In this document: one piece after another, positions 36,569 to 45,577 of the stretch
Position numbering within the stretch: the stretch's first letter is position 1
Layout of the letters: the number at the start of each line of letters is the position of its first letter
Assembly: GCA_043782755.1 (NCBI GenBank)
Contig: JAYWAC010000001.1
Coordinates: 1-52,701, forward strand
Direction of reading: 5' to 3'
DNA: 52,701 nt
Source of the DNA: Pseudomonadota bacterium
Lineage (GTDB): Bacteria > Pseudomonadota > Gammaproteobacteria > Ga0077536
The notes under the pieces: generated by a model
Database searches by the model: none
What the model was told of the DNA's origin: nothing
The model's input: the letters and a program-made list of their open reading frames with translations, nothing else
Translations under genes and position numbers: made by a program

Positions 36569-37948
36569 TCAGCCGTTCTGATTTGCGGTGAACTGCTTAA
36601 GCTGCGTGGTCAGATAGCTGCTGGTGGAGTTGAGACTGCCGACCAGCACGTCCATTTGATTGAACTGCTTGTTGAGAGCGGCTTCCCGACGATTGAGACG
36701 GTACTCGAGATCGGCGCGCTCCTTGGTACTGGCACTGATGCGCGCGTGCATACTGGCTTCGCGGCCGGGCAGGATGCCGCCAACACCGAGCAGACTGTTG
36801 GCGAGTGCCTTGAAGCGCACGGCGGCGCCGGTCTTGGCATCGGTGAACATGTTCGCGACGCCGTCCGGATCCTTTTTCAATGCTTCCTGAAAGATGGTGG
36901 TATTCAGCGCAAGCCCGGTGCCGTTGGCGCCATTGGTGACGCCGATTTCCGCGAGAAATTTGAACGCCGTCGAATTACCGGATTTGCCATGCAGCGCATC
37001 GCGGAATTGCGATTCGATATTCAACAGCGAGCCACGCTCGTCCTTCAGTGTCTTGCCCTTGAGGTCGGCGGTGAGCTTGAATACTGCGTTGTAGGACGAA
37101 ACCAACTGCTGGACGGCGCTTTGTATCTTGCCGTCGTCGCGCACAACATTGAGATTGACCGTGCCGGTGGTGACCAGATCGAGCGTCAAGCCGGAGATCA
37201 CGTCGCTGACGCTGTTGCTCGAACTGGTGACGGTATAGGTGTTTTCGACCTTGAGTTCGGCGTCGAGATCGGCGCTGGTGAAGCTGCCGCTGCCGTTGCG
37301 ATCGGTGTTGATGGTACTCAAGCCGAAGGGATCCGGCTGGTCGGTGACCGGGTCGGCCAGGGTATGGTATTTCACGCTGACGAAATTGGATGAACCGGTG
37401 TTCTGGGCCGCCAGGGTCAGGTGATAACCGGTGGCGTCTTTCAGGGTCGAAGCGGTGACGCCGGTGTTGGCGGACGAGGCATTGATGGCGGTGCGAATCT
37501 CGTCCAGCGTCTTGTCGCCGATCTGGACCGTGAAGCTTTTGCTGCCGACCGTAATCGCCATGGTGTCGCCGGTCGCGCCGATCTTGGTGGTCGTGTTGTC
37601 GGCGAACACCGTAGCGGCGACCAGACGATGGGTCTCGGCCAGACGCTTGACCTCGATGGCATAGGAACCGCGGCCCGCGTCGGCGGTGGCGGTGGCGGTC
37701 AGGATCTTGGCATCGGAGGAAGTGGCCTGGGTGGCCTTGAATTTGGCGACATCGGTCAGTTCGTCCATCGACGACTTGAATTGATCGACGACATCCTTGA
37801 GCTGGCCATAGGCACTCAGCTGTGCCTGCATCTCGACCTCGTCGGTGCCCATCTTGACCCACGGCTGACGCTCAAGCGTCATGATCTTGCTGACAATGCC
37901 GGCGATGTCGAGTCCGGAACCGAGACCTTGAGTGCTTAGGGACGCCAC
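36569..37948 (-). CDS. fliD: flagellar filament cap protein FliD
   Basis: N-terminal GLGSGLDIAGIVSKIMTLERQP and the C-terminal FliD region. GTG start preceded by AAGGAG at 7 nt. Confidence 0.9.
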   Translation of the reverse strand: MASLSTQGLGSGLDIAGIVSKIMTLERQPWVKMGTDEVEMQAQLSAYGQLKDVVDQFKSSMDELTDVAKFKATQATSSDAKILTATATADAGRGSYAIEVKRLAETHRLVAATVFADNTTTKIGATGDTMAITVGSKSFTVQIGDKTLDEIRTAINASSANTGVTASTLKDATGYHLTLAAQNTGSSNFVSVKYHTLADPVTDQPDPFGLSTINTDRNGSGSFTSADLDAELKVENTYTVTSSSNSVSDVISGLTLDLVTTGTVNLNVVRDDGKIQSAVQQLVSSYNAVFKLTADLKGKTLKDERGSLLNIESQFRDALHGKSGNSTAFKFLAEIGVTNGANGTGLALNTTIFQEALKKDPDGVANMFTDAKTGAAVRFKALANSLLGVGGILPGREASMHARISASTKERADLEYRLNRREAALNKQFNQMDVLVGSLNSTSSYLTTQLKQFTANQNG

Positions 37949-38013
37949 GTTTTTACTCCTTCAGAATCCTCGTGCGGAACGGCGTTCCGCCGCTGCGATT
38001 TGCAGAAGAGAAC

Positions 38014-38030
38014 TTGCAATATGCAGGCCA
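38014..38030 (-). promoter_or_regulatory. putative sigma54 (RpoN) promoter upstream of fliD
   Basis: Minus strand reads TGGCCTGCATATTGCAA, i.e. TGGC-N..-TTGC with the canonical GG-N10-GC spacing. It lies about 66 nt upstream of the fliD start. Confidence 0.5.
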
Positions 38031-38099
38031 ATGACCTGCGGCAAGCGCCCGTTCGAGGGCTTCTGGAAAACTCCCAAGTAAAGGCCTGCCGCGTGTCGC

Positions 38100-38483
38100 T
38101 CAGGCTTCGTCCTTGACGAGCCTGCCCGTGCCGTTATCAATGCGCGCCGCCATTTCCAGCACATGTTGTTCCGGAATCTGGCGGATGATTTCCTGGGTGT
38201 TTTTGTCGAAAACCTTGATGACCGTACGGCCACTGGTTTCATCGATGGAAAACTCCAGCGAACGTTGCAGATTCTGTACGCCCTGACTCAGATCCCTGAC
38301 AGCCTGTGCCAGCATCTTCGGATCAAGCGGCGGGACATTGCCCGCCACATCCCTTTGCTGCTGTTCCACAGCCTGAGGCGCCGTCGCTTCCGCAGTACTC
38401 GCGTAGGCGGCGGTCTGACTGCGCTGTGGGCGCAGCTCCGTCAAGTTGGAGGGCAATCTATGTAATGCGACATGACTGACCAT
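38100..38483 (-). CDS. flaG: flagellar protein FlaG
   Basis: LEFSIDETSGRTVIKVFDKNTQEIIRQIP is the FlaG core. ATG at 38483 is preferred because GAGAGG lies 7 nt upstream and the longer TTG start lies in the terminator flank. Confidence 0.85.
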   Translation of the reverse strand: MVSHVALHRLPSNLTELRPQRSQTAAYASTAEATAPQAVEQQQRDVAGNVPPLDPKMLAQAVRDLSQGVQNLQRSLEFSIDETSGRTVIKVFDKNTQEIIRQIPEQHVLEMAARIDNGTGRLVKDEA

Positions 38484-38506
38484 GACGCTACCTCTCAGTG
38501 GCAATG

Positions 38507-38533
38507 GCGCCCGGGGTACGAGACCCCGGGCGC
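38507..38533 (-). terminator. strong hairpin downstream of fliC (terminator/attenuator)
   Basis: GCGCCCGGGGT / ACCCCGGGCGC forms a perfect 11-bp stem with a 5-nt loop, about 30 nt after the fliC stop. Confidence 0.55.
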
Positions 38534-38562
38534 GTCACATTGGCTTTAGCCTTCAAACACGC

Positions 38563-40038
38563 TTACTTGAGCAGCGAGAGCGCTGCGTTCGGCAGAGCAT
38601 TGGCCTGCGAGACCATCGAGATACCTGCCTGCCGCAGGATCTGCGCGCGGGCCATCGATGCCGTTTCCGCCGCGAAGTCCGCGTCCTGGATACGGCCGCG
38701 AGCGGCAGAAATATTCTCACTGACGTTCTGCAGGTTGCGGATGGTCGAGTCGAAGCGGTTGAGCTTCGCACCGAGTACCGCGCGGTTGCTGTTGATCTGG
38801 TCGAGGGCAGACTGGAAGGCCAGCAAGGCGAGGTTGGCACCCGACTGCGTCGACACGCTCTGGGCGTTGACCGGCGCGTTGGCCAAGGTTGTGGAGGTAG
38901 CCGATACGCCGGTAATGGCCGAGCCGGTACCGACCGCATCGTAGGTGATGGTGGTCGCGTTCAGCTTCTGGTTTAGAACAATCATCCCGTTGGCGCCAGC
39001 ATCGACGGCGGTCGTGCCCTGCGCGAAGCCGGTAGCCGTGGAGGCGGCGGCTGAGTTGACACCGACCGTGATGGCGGCGCCAGTGCGGTTGAGCAGCACC
39101 AGGCGGCTTTGGTTGGCGGCAGCGCCTGCTTCGACCACCGCAGTGACGCCGGTTTCTCCGGTCTTGGCGTTGATATTGGCGACCAGGTCGGTCATGGTGG
39201 TATTGGCACCATTGCCGTCGATGGACACGCCATTGACGATCAGCGCACCGGTGCCGATGGTCTGACCGGCGGCGCCGGTGGCGTCAGCGTCGAGCACGTC
39301 GGTGCCGGCAACCGCCGCATTGCCATAGCTGAAAGCGCTCACGCCGGTGGTGCCGCTAACGGCATTGATGGCGGTGATCTTGTTCACCGAGTTCTGACCG
39401 GCGGAAACCGCCGCCAGCACCGTGCCGTTAACGGCTGCGCTGGTACCGTTCAGGGCGGTATCGAAGGTGTTGCGGATACGGTCGGCAAACGTCGCGTCGT
39501 TGGCCGAGTTGACGGTGCTGTATTCCGATGCCACGCCAAGACCGGTAGGCGACAGGTTGGTGACCGAGACGTTGATGGTTTCGTTGACATTGGTGCCGAC
39601 CTGCACGTCGGCGCTGAAACCGCCGGTCAACAGCTGCTGACCGTTGTAACGGGTCTGGTTCACCACGCGGCTCAGCTCGTCGATGATCTGTGTGACTTCC
39701 TGGTTCATCGAACCACGGTCACCGTTGGTGTTGTAGCTGGCGGACTGCAGGGCGAGGTCATTGGCGCGCTGCAGTGACTTGGTCATTTCGTCCATCGCGC
39801 CTTCAGCGGTCTGGGCGATGGAGATACCGTCGTTGGCATTGCGCACCGCGACCCCAAGGCCGCTGATCTGGGTGCCCATGCGAGTCGAAATCGCGAGGCC
39901 CGCCGCGTCGTCCTTGGCGGAGTTGATGCGCAGACCGGAAGACAGGCGCTGGATGGCCGTGTTCAACTCCATATCGGTCTTGTTGAGGTTGCGCTGGGCG
40001 GTCAACGAGGCGACGTTCGTATTAATTGCCTGAGGCAT
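38563..40038 (-). CDS. fliC: flagellin
   Basis: Conserved N-terminal LSSGLRINSAKDDAAGLAIS and C-terminal D0/D1 segments. AGGAGA lies 8 nt upstream of the ATG. Confidence 0.95.
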   Translation of the reverse strand: MPQAINTNVASLTAQRNLNKTDMELNTAIQRLSSGLRINSAKDDAAGLAISTRMGTQISGLGVAVRNANDGISIAQTAEGAMDEMTKSLQRANDLALQSASYNTNGDRGSMNQEVTQIIDELSRVVNQTRYNGQQLLTGGFSADVQVGTNVNETINVSVTNLSPTGLGVASEYSTVNSANDATFADRIRNTFDTALNGTSAAVNGTVLAAVSAGQNSVNKITAINAVSGTTGVSAFSYGNAAVAGTDVLDADATGAAGQTIGTGALIVNGVSIDGNGANTTMTDLVANINAKTGETGVTAVVEAGAAANQSRLVLLNRTGAAITVGVNSAAASTATGFAQGTTAVDAGANGMIVLNQKLNATTITYDAVGTGSAITGVSATSTTLANAPVNAQSVSTQSGANLALLAFQSALDQINSNRAVLGAKLNRFDSTIRNLQNVSENISAARGRIQDADFAAETASMARAQILRQAGISMVSQANALPNAALSLLK

Positions 40039-40140
40039 TGCAATGCTCTCCTTTGAGAGGACGCCGGTGAGTGTTGGTCGGCGTCATTTATGTTTGACGG
40101 ATATATTCGTGATTTCGAATATTCACCGCCTCCGGGGAAA

Positions 40141-40168
40141 CTATCGGACAGCAGCGGCAAGAACTTTA
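40141..40168 (-). promoter_or_regulatory. sigma28 (FliA) promoter of fliC
   Basis: Minus strand reads TAAAGTTC-N12-TCCGATAG, against the consensus TAAAGTTT-N11-GCCGATAA. It lies about 100 nt upstream of the start. Confidence 0.7.
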
Positions 40169-40360
40169 GGGGGCGTTGGCAAGTCTTGCCGCGCGCACGG
40201 CAAACGCTTGCCATAGCAGGCAATCGGTCGCCTTGCGCCGGGTGCGCAAGGGCAGTGGCATGACGCGCGGCCTGCGACCAAGAACGTGAACAGGGCGACA
40301 ACGTGATCAACACGCCGCCGGCTTAGCGACTCGCGGTGTGTGTTCTCGAATAGACGAAGT

Positions 40361-40386
40361 GCACCGGCGGCGCCCGCCGCCGGTGC
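40361..40386 (-). terminator. GC-rich palindrome downstream of the GST gene
   Basis: GCACCGGCGGCG-CC-CGCCGCCGGTGC has 12-nt perfect arms. It lies 15 nt after the stop at 40402. Confidence 0.5.
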
Positions 40387-40401
40387 GAACGGAGGAGAAG
40401 C

Positions 40402-41067
40402 TCAGGCGCTCTTCATAGTCCAGGTCGGCGCTTCTTCGTCGAGCAAGGCCTTGAAGCTTGGACGCGCGAACATGCGCTCCAGGAAGGCAGCAAGTTTGGG
40501 GAAGCGCGCGCCATCGACCTTGACCTGGGCATGCAGCAGATTGACGTGAATGGACGCGACCGTGATGTCGGCCAGGGTCAGGGTGTTGTTGACGAAGAAC
40601 GTGTTGTTGCCGAGCTGCGCTTCCATATAGGCCCAGAAGCTTGGCAGTTCTTCTGCCACCACCTTGGCGACAGCGGCACGGACGGTGGCGTCGGGCGCGA
40701 CCTTGGTGCCGAGCGGCGCCACGATCAACGGAAAGAACACCTTGCCACCGGCGACCGCGACAAAACCACCGTCAATGTATTCCTCCAGCCACAGGGCCTG
40801 GATATAGCCATCATCATCGGCCGGCAACATAGGCGCGGCTTTGTTCTTGCGCTCGATGTATTGGCAGATGACCGATGAGTCATTGACCACTGTGGTGCCG
40901 TCCAGCAGCGCGGGAATCTTGCCCAGCGGGCTGATATCGCGCCAATTGGGTGGCGGCGCAAAAGGGCTGACGGGCTCGAAGTCATAGGCGATGCCTTTTT
41001 CGGCCAGCATGACGCGGACCTTGCGCACGAAGGGCGAAACATTGGCGCCCATCAATTTGTAAGTCAT
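40402..41067 (-). CDS. glutathione S-transferase
   Basis: Start trimmed to MTYKLMGANVSPFVRKVRVMLAEKGI. Contains ISPLGKIPALLDG and a helical C-domain. Confidence 0.85.
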   Translation of the reverse strand: MTYKLMGANVSPFVRKVRVMLAEKGIAYDFEPVSPFAPPPNWRDISPLGKIPALLDGTTVVNDSSVICQYIERKNKAAPMLPADDDGYIQALWLEEYIDGGFVAVAGGKVFFPLIVAPLGTKVAPDATVRAAVAKVVAEELPSFWAYMEAQLGNNTFFVNNTLTLADITVASIHVNLLHAQVKVDGARFPKLAAFLERMFARPSFKALLDEEAPTWTMKSA

Positions 41068-41446
41068 AACGTGAATACTCCTGTGGTGGTGATAGTGGCG
41101 CAGCCGCGACCGGCGCGTTGCATGGAACCGGGAGTGTATGCGGTGATGGTCGTGATCGTCGCACAAGCGATGGGCAGGTGACCTCAGCGCGATGGGATCA
41201 GCGCGGCGCATGGCGCAGGAATGGTGCAGGAACTCGATGCTGCAATGCACGCGTCGTGTATACATGATTTCATCGCGGCCAACCCTTTTCAGGAAGGGCT
41301 GTGCGGTCGCTCAGCATGGTATCTTTACGCCCCCGCGACAGGGCGGGGAAACATACAATCAGCCGCAGGAGCGTGCTTGGGGGGCGGTTCATTTCGTGGC
41401 CCCACGTCCAGCCAACCTGCCAGTCAAACTCGAACCGGGGGAGTCA

Positions 41447-43090
41447 ATGACGAATCTACTCAAGCGTGGCACGACCTATGAGGAGGTCTACGGCAACTTC
41501 AAGTGGAACATTCCAGAGTTCTACAACATCGCCGACGATGTCTGCGACCGCTGGGCCGGCGATGCCGCCCGCGTTGCGCTGGTCTACGAAGATGCCCAGA
41601 AGAAGTCCCACAACTACACCTTCGCCGATGTCCGCAAGTATGCCAATCAGCTCGCCAATACGCTGGCCAGTTGGGGCCTGAAACGCGGCGATCGCGTGAC
41701 CTTGCTGCTGGCGCAGGACCCGGAATGCGCCATCAGCCACGTCGCCTGCTGGAAGGGTGGCATGGTGTCAGGGCCGTGCTCGGTGTTGTTCGGCGGCGAT
41801 GCCATCACCTACCGTTTGAACGACAGCGGCGCGAAGGTGCTGATCACCGATAGCGCCAACTATCCCAAGGTTGCCGCGCTGCGTAAGGATGCCCCCAAGC
41901 TTGAGCGCGTGCTGGTCATCGACGGCGAGCCGGAAGGTGCGCAGAACTTTTGGAAGGCCATTGAAGGTGCCAGCGACCAGTTCACCAACGTCAAGACCCG
42001 CGCCGATGACATCGCCTGGATCAGCTACACCTCCGGCACCACCGGCATGCCCAAGGGTTCGGTGCAACCCCATCGCATGATGCTCGGCCATATGCCGAGT
42101 CTCGAATTCATCTACGACTTTTTCCCGCAGACCGGCGACTGTCTGTGGTCACCGGCCGACTGGGCGTGGATGGCGGGTCTGATGGACGTCATCATGCCGG
42201 GCTGGTTTCATGGCTGTAAGGTCATCGCGACCGCCATGAAGGGCTTTGAGCCCGAAGAGGCGTATCGCATCCTCGACCAGCACGCCGTGACGCTCGCACT
42301 GTTGACGCCGACCATGTTGAAGCTCATGCGTACCGTTGAGGACCCGCTCAGCCGTTACAACTTGAAGCTGCGCGCGGTGTTGTCCGGTGGTGAATCGGTC
42401 GGTGCCGGTCTGCACGAGTGGGCGCTGAAGGAGCTCAAGATCAGCATCAACGAAGGCTTTGGTCAGACCGAATGCAATGTCATTCTCGGCAACAATGGCA
42501 AGGTCTTTCCAGTCAAGCCGGGTTCGCTCGGCAAGTCCACACCCGGCACCATATGCGCGATCATCGACGACAACGGCAACGAAGTGCCGGTCGGTGTCGA
42601 AGGCCATATCGCCTGCAAGCGGCCCCATCCGGTCATGTTGCTGGAGTACTTGAACAGACCCGATGCGACCCGCGACAAGTTCATCGGCGACTGGTTGATC
42701 ACCGGCGACGTCGGCCACAAGGACGAAGACGGTTACTTCTGGTTCCATGGTCGCGGTGACGATGTCATCACCAGCTCCGGCTATCGCATTGGTCCCGGCG
42801 AAATCGAAGACGCACTCTTGAAGCACCCAGCGGTACAGATGGCGGCGGCTATCGGCGTACCGGATCCGGTGCGTACTGAAATCATCAAAGCCTTCATTAT
42901 CTTGAAGCCTGGTTTCGAAGGCAGCGACAAGCTCGCCGACGAACTGCGTGAGGACGTGCGCTCGCGGCTTGCGAAGCACGAAGTGCCGCGCATGATCGAG
43001 TTCGTCACCAGCATGCCGATGACCACCACCGGCAAGATCATGCGGCGCGAGTTGCGCGATCTGGAGAAGAAGCGTCGCGGCGACGCCTGA
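41447..43090 (+). CDS. AMP-dependent acyl-CoA synthetase (medium-chain/ACSM-like)
   Basis: ISYTSGTTGMPKG and YRIGPGEIE motifs with a C-terminal ...TTTGKIMRREL. Start trimmed to MTNLLKRG (ATG at 41447). Confidence 0.85.
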   Translation: MTNLLKRGTTYEEVYGNFKWNIPEFYNIADDVCDRWAGDAARVALVYEDAQKKSHNYTFADVRKYANQLANTLASWGLKRGDRVTLLLAQDPECAISHVACWKGGMVSGPCSVLFGGDAITYRLNDSGAKVLITDSANYPKVAALRKDAPKLERVLVIDGEPEGAQNFWKAIEGASDQFTNVKTRADDIAWISYTSGTTGMPKGSVQPHRMMLGHMPSLEFIYDFFPQTGDCLWSPADWAWMAGLMDVIMPGWFHGCKVIATAMKGFEPEEAYRILDQHAVTLALLTPTMLKLMRTVEDPLSRYNLKLRAVLSGGESVGAGLHEWALKELKISINEGFGQTECNVILGNNGKVFPVKPGSLGKSTPGTICAIIDDNGNEVPVGVEGHIACKRPHPVMLLEYLNRPDATRDKFIGDWLITGDVGHKDEDGYFWFHGRGDDVITSSGYRIGPGEIEDALLKHPAVQMAAAIGVPDPVRTEIIKAFIILKPGFEGSDKLADELREDVRSRLAKHEVPRMIEFVTSMPMTTTGKIMRRELRDLEKKRRGDA

Positions 43091-43106
43091 GCGGGACCGC
43101 GCAGAT

Positions 43107-43325
43107 ATGCGCTATCGATTGCTCGCCGACGGGACAACGGTACCGGTGCAGAACACCGGTGAAATCGTTGAACTGACGGTGTGGTACACGCTCATCTGTG
43201 GGATCGCGTTGTTGGGGATGGGCCTCTACGGCAAGCAGCGCTGGTTGCAGTTCTGGGGTGGGCTGACGATTGTGTGCGTCGCGGTGTATTTCCTGCGTGG
43301 CGTGCTGGGTCTGATGTCTGTGTGA
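43107..43325 (+). CDS. small two-TM membrane protein (hypothetical)
   Basis: 72 aa with two hydrophobic helices (VWYTLICGIALLGMGLY and GGLTIVCVAVYFLRGVLGL). No family recognised. Confidence 0.35.
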   Translation: MRYRLLADGTTVPVQNTGEIVELTVWYTLICGIALLGMGLYGKQRWLQFWGGLTIVCVAVYFLRGVLGLMSV

Positions 43326-43373
43326 GCGACGGGGCGCGAGTTGCTCGCGACCATGAAACTTCCTGACGTGAAG

Positions 43374-43394
43374 CTCCCCGCCCTAGGCGGGGAG
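43374..43394. terminator. hairpin between convergent genes (putative bidirectional terminator)
   Basis: CTCCCCGCC-CTA-GGCGGGGAG forms a 9-bp perfect stem. On the plus strand it is followed by CGCTTCATCTTTCC. Confidence 0.55.
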
Positions 43395-43417
43395 CGCTTC
43401 ATCTTTCCCTGCGATCC

Positions 43418-44182
43418 TCAGAGCGCGACGTAACCGCCGTCCACCGGCATCGCGATACCGGTTACGAAGGACGACAGGTCCGACAACAACCACAGCACCG
43501 CTTCACCGATTTCCCCCGGCTGGCCAAGGCGGCCAATGGGTTCCTGATCGATCAGATGCTGAGGCACGATGCCGCTGTCGGCCATCATGCGATCGACCAT
43601 CGGGGTCTGGATGATGCCGGGGCAGACCGCATTCACACGGATAGCCTTGCGCGCATATTCCAGCGCCGCGCACTTGGTCAGACCGACCACGCCGTGTTTG
43701 GCGGCGCAGTAGGCACTGCCACCACGGGTGCCGATGAGGCCCGCCACCGAGGCGGTGCTGACGATGCTGCCGCCGCTGCCCTGTTTTAGAAACTGCTCGA
43801 TCTGATATTTCACGCACAGCCACACGCCCTTCAGATCGACACTGAGCGTGCGGTCGTATTCCTCTTCGGTCATCTTGGTGATGCTGGTGAAATGCCCTTC
43901 GATGCCAGCGTTGTTGAAGGCTCCATCGAGACGACCATAGGCACTGACGGTGGCCGCGATCATGGCCTGCACGTCGGCGCTGTGGGTGACATCGGTTTTG
44001 ACCAGTTGCGCGCTGCCGCCGTTCTTCTTGATCTCGGCGACTACTGTTTCGCCGTCTTTGATGTTGATGTCGGCGATGGTCAGGCGTGCGCCTTCCTGTG
44101 CGGCGCGCAGCGCGGTCGCGCGCCCGATGCCGGTGCTGCCACCGGTGATGATGAGAACTTTATCTTGCAACAGGCCGGCCAT
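43418..44182 (-). CDS. SDR-family oxidoreductase
   Basis: TGGSTGIGRA, NNAG and YCAAKHG motifs. Start trimmed to MAGLLQDK. Confidence 0.9.
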   Translation of the reverse strand: MAGLLQDKVLIITGGSTGIGRATALRAAQEGARLTIADINIKDGETVVAEIKKNGGSAQLVKTDVTHSADVQAMIAATVSAYGRLDGAFNNAGIEGHFTSITKMTEEEYDRTLSVDLKGVWLCVKYQIEQFLKQGSGGSIVSTASVAGLIGTRGGSAYCAAKHGVVGLTKCAALEYARKAIRVNAVCPGIIQTPMVDRMMADSGIVPQHLIDQEPIGRLGQPGEIGEAVLWLLSDLSSFVTGIAMPVDGGYVAL

Positions 44183-44302
44183 GGAGTGATTCCTCTTTTG
44201 GGTAATTAACGAATGCGGGGGTCGAGTTCGTGAGAGGAATCGCTTCGCGTTACACTCACGGTGCCTCATGTCGAGGCCAGACCCGATGATACTGGAAGCG
44301 AA

Positions 44303-45547
44303 ATGAAAGTAGTGACACCCGAAGCCGCAGTGGCGGCCATCCCCGATGCAGCGACTTTGATGCTGCCCGGCGCTTGTGCCGAGCCGCGCGAGTTCTATCG
44401 CGCCTTCAGCGCTGGCGTCGAGCGCTTCCGCACGCTGACGGTGGCCTCGGGCCTGTCGCTCGGCGGTTACGGTTTTCTTGAACGGGGTTTAGGCGAACAC
44501 TTCCATTATCTGACCTGGCAGGCGGCCCCGCGTCTGCGGCCCTTGTTCAAGGAAAACGATCGCCGCAAAGTCAGCTTCGTGCCGATACGCTTGAGCGATC
44601 TCACGCGCATCGTGCGTCGCGGCGGGCCGATCAGTCCCGACGTGGTGGTGGTGCAGACCTCCTTGCCGCAGGCCGATGGCAGCGTCAGTCTCGGCCTCTC
44701 GGTCGGGCCCAACCAGCATCTCATCGACCAGGCAAGGGTGGTGATCGCCGAGATGAATCCCAATATGCCGGTCACCTCAGGCAATGCGCGCGTAGCCCTC
44801 GAGCGCATCACCTATGGCTTCGAAGCCGCGCATCCGCTCGCGCAATACGACACCGGTGAACCAGAGCCGCGCGATGGGAAGATCATCGAGCATGTGCTGA
44901 GCCTCATCCCGCCTAAAGCCTGGGTGCAGTTCGGTATCGGCGCGGTGCCGGATCGCGTGCTGAAACGTCTGTGCGATATCCCCGAGGTCAATCTTTATTC
45001 CGGCATGCTGTCGCGCAGCCTGGTGGATTTCCTTGAAGGCGTGAAGCACAAGCCGCGCGTCATCAATGGCGAACTGGCCGGCGACCCGCGCCTTTACGAA
45101 TACTGCAATGGCAATGCGGCCATTGAGATGAGCGGACTGGATGTCACGCACAATCCACTGGCCTTGGCGGCGCTGCCGCGTTTCGTTTCGATCAATTCAT
45201 CGGTTGAAATCGATCTCATGGGTCAGAGCAATGGCGAGACCCTGGGCCCGGTGCAGATCAGTGGTGTAGGCGGCAGTCTGGATTATATCGAAGCGGCGGC
45301 TTTGTCGGACGGCGGTGTATCGATCATCGCGCTGCCCTCGACGACGGCCGACGACGCGCGCTCGAAAATCGTCGCCATGCTCGCGCCCGGCAGCGTGGTC
45401 ACCACGCCGCGTTATTGCATCGACTACATTGTCACCGAGTACGGCATTGCGCGACTGCGCGGCAAGAGTCTATGGGCGCGGGCCGAGGCCTTGATCGGCA
45501 TCGCCCATCCGAAGTTCCGTGACGAGTTGGCGAATTCGCTGCAGTGA
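44303..45547 (+). CDS. acetyl-CoA hydrolase/transferase family protein (4-hydroxybutyrate CoA-transferase-like)
   Basis: Length and blocks (...SGVGGSLDYIEAA..., ...YIVTEYGIA.LRGKS...) fit this family. Start trimmed to MKVVTPEAAV. Confidence 0.8.
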   Translation: MKVVTPEAAVAAIPDAATLMLPGACAEPREFYRAFSAGVERFRTLTVASGLSLGGYGFLERGLGEHFHYLTWQAAPRLRPLFKENDRRKVSFVPIRLSDLTRIVRRGGPISPDVVVVQTSLPQADGSVSLGLSVGPNQHLIDQARVVIAEMNPNMPVTSGNARVALERITYGFEAAHPLAQYDTGEPEPRDGKIIEHVLSLIPPKAWVQFGIGAVPDRVLKRLCDIPEVNLYSGMLSRSLVDFLEGVKHKPRVINGELAGDPRLYEYCNGNAAIEMSGLDVTHNPLALAALPRFVSINSSVEIDLMGQSNGETLGPVQISGVGGSLDYIEAAALSDGGVSIIALPSTTADDARSKIVAMLAPGSVVTTPRYCIDYIVTEYGIARLRGKSLWARAEALIGIAHPKFRDELANSLQ

Positions 45548-45577
45548 AGATTAAAGGGCAGGGCGCGCTTGATGCCG

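Noticed and set aside
40199-40213. Sigma54-like TGGCAAGCGTTTGCC on the minus strand upstream of fliC, next to a second GGCAA..TTGCC palindrome at about 40178-40190
   Set aside because: The GG-to-GC spacing is 9 nt rather than the strictly required 10. fliC already has a good sigma28 promoter downstream. The paired palindromes might still be a regulator site, but I cannot support that.
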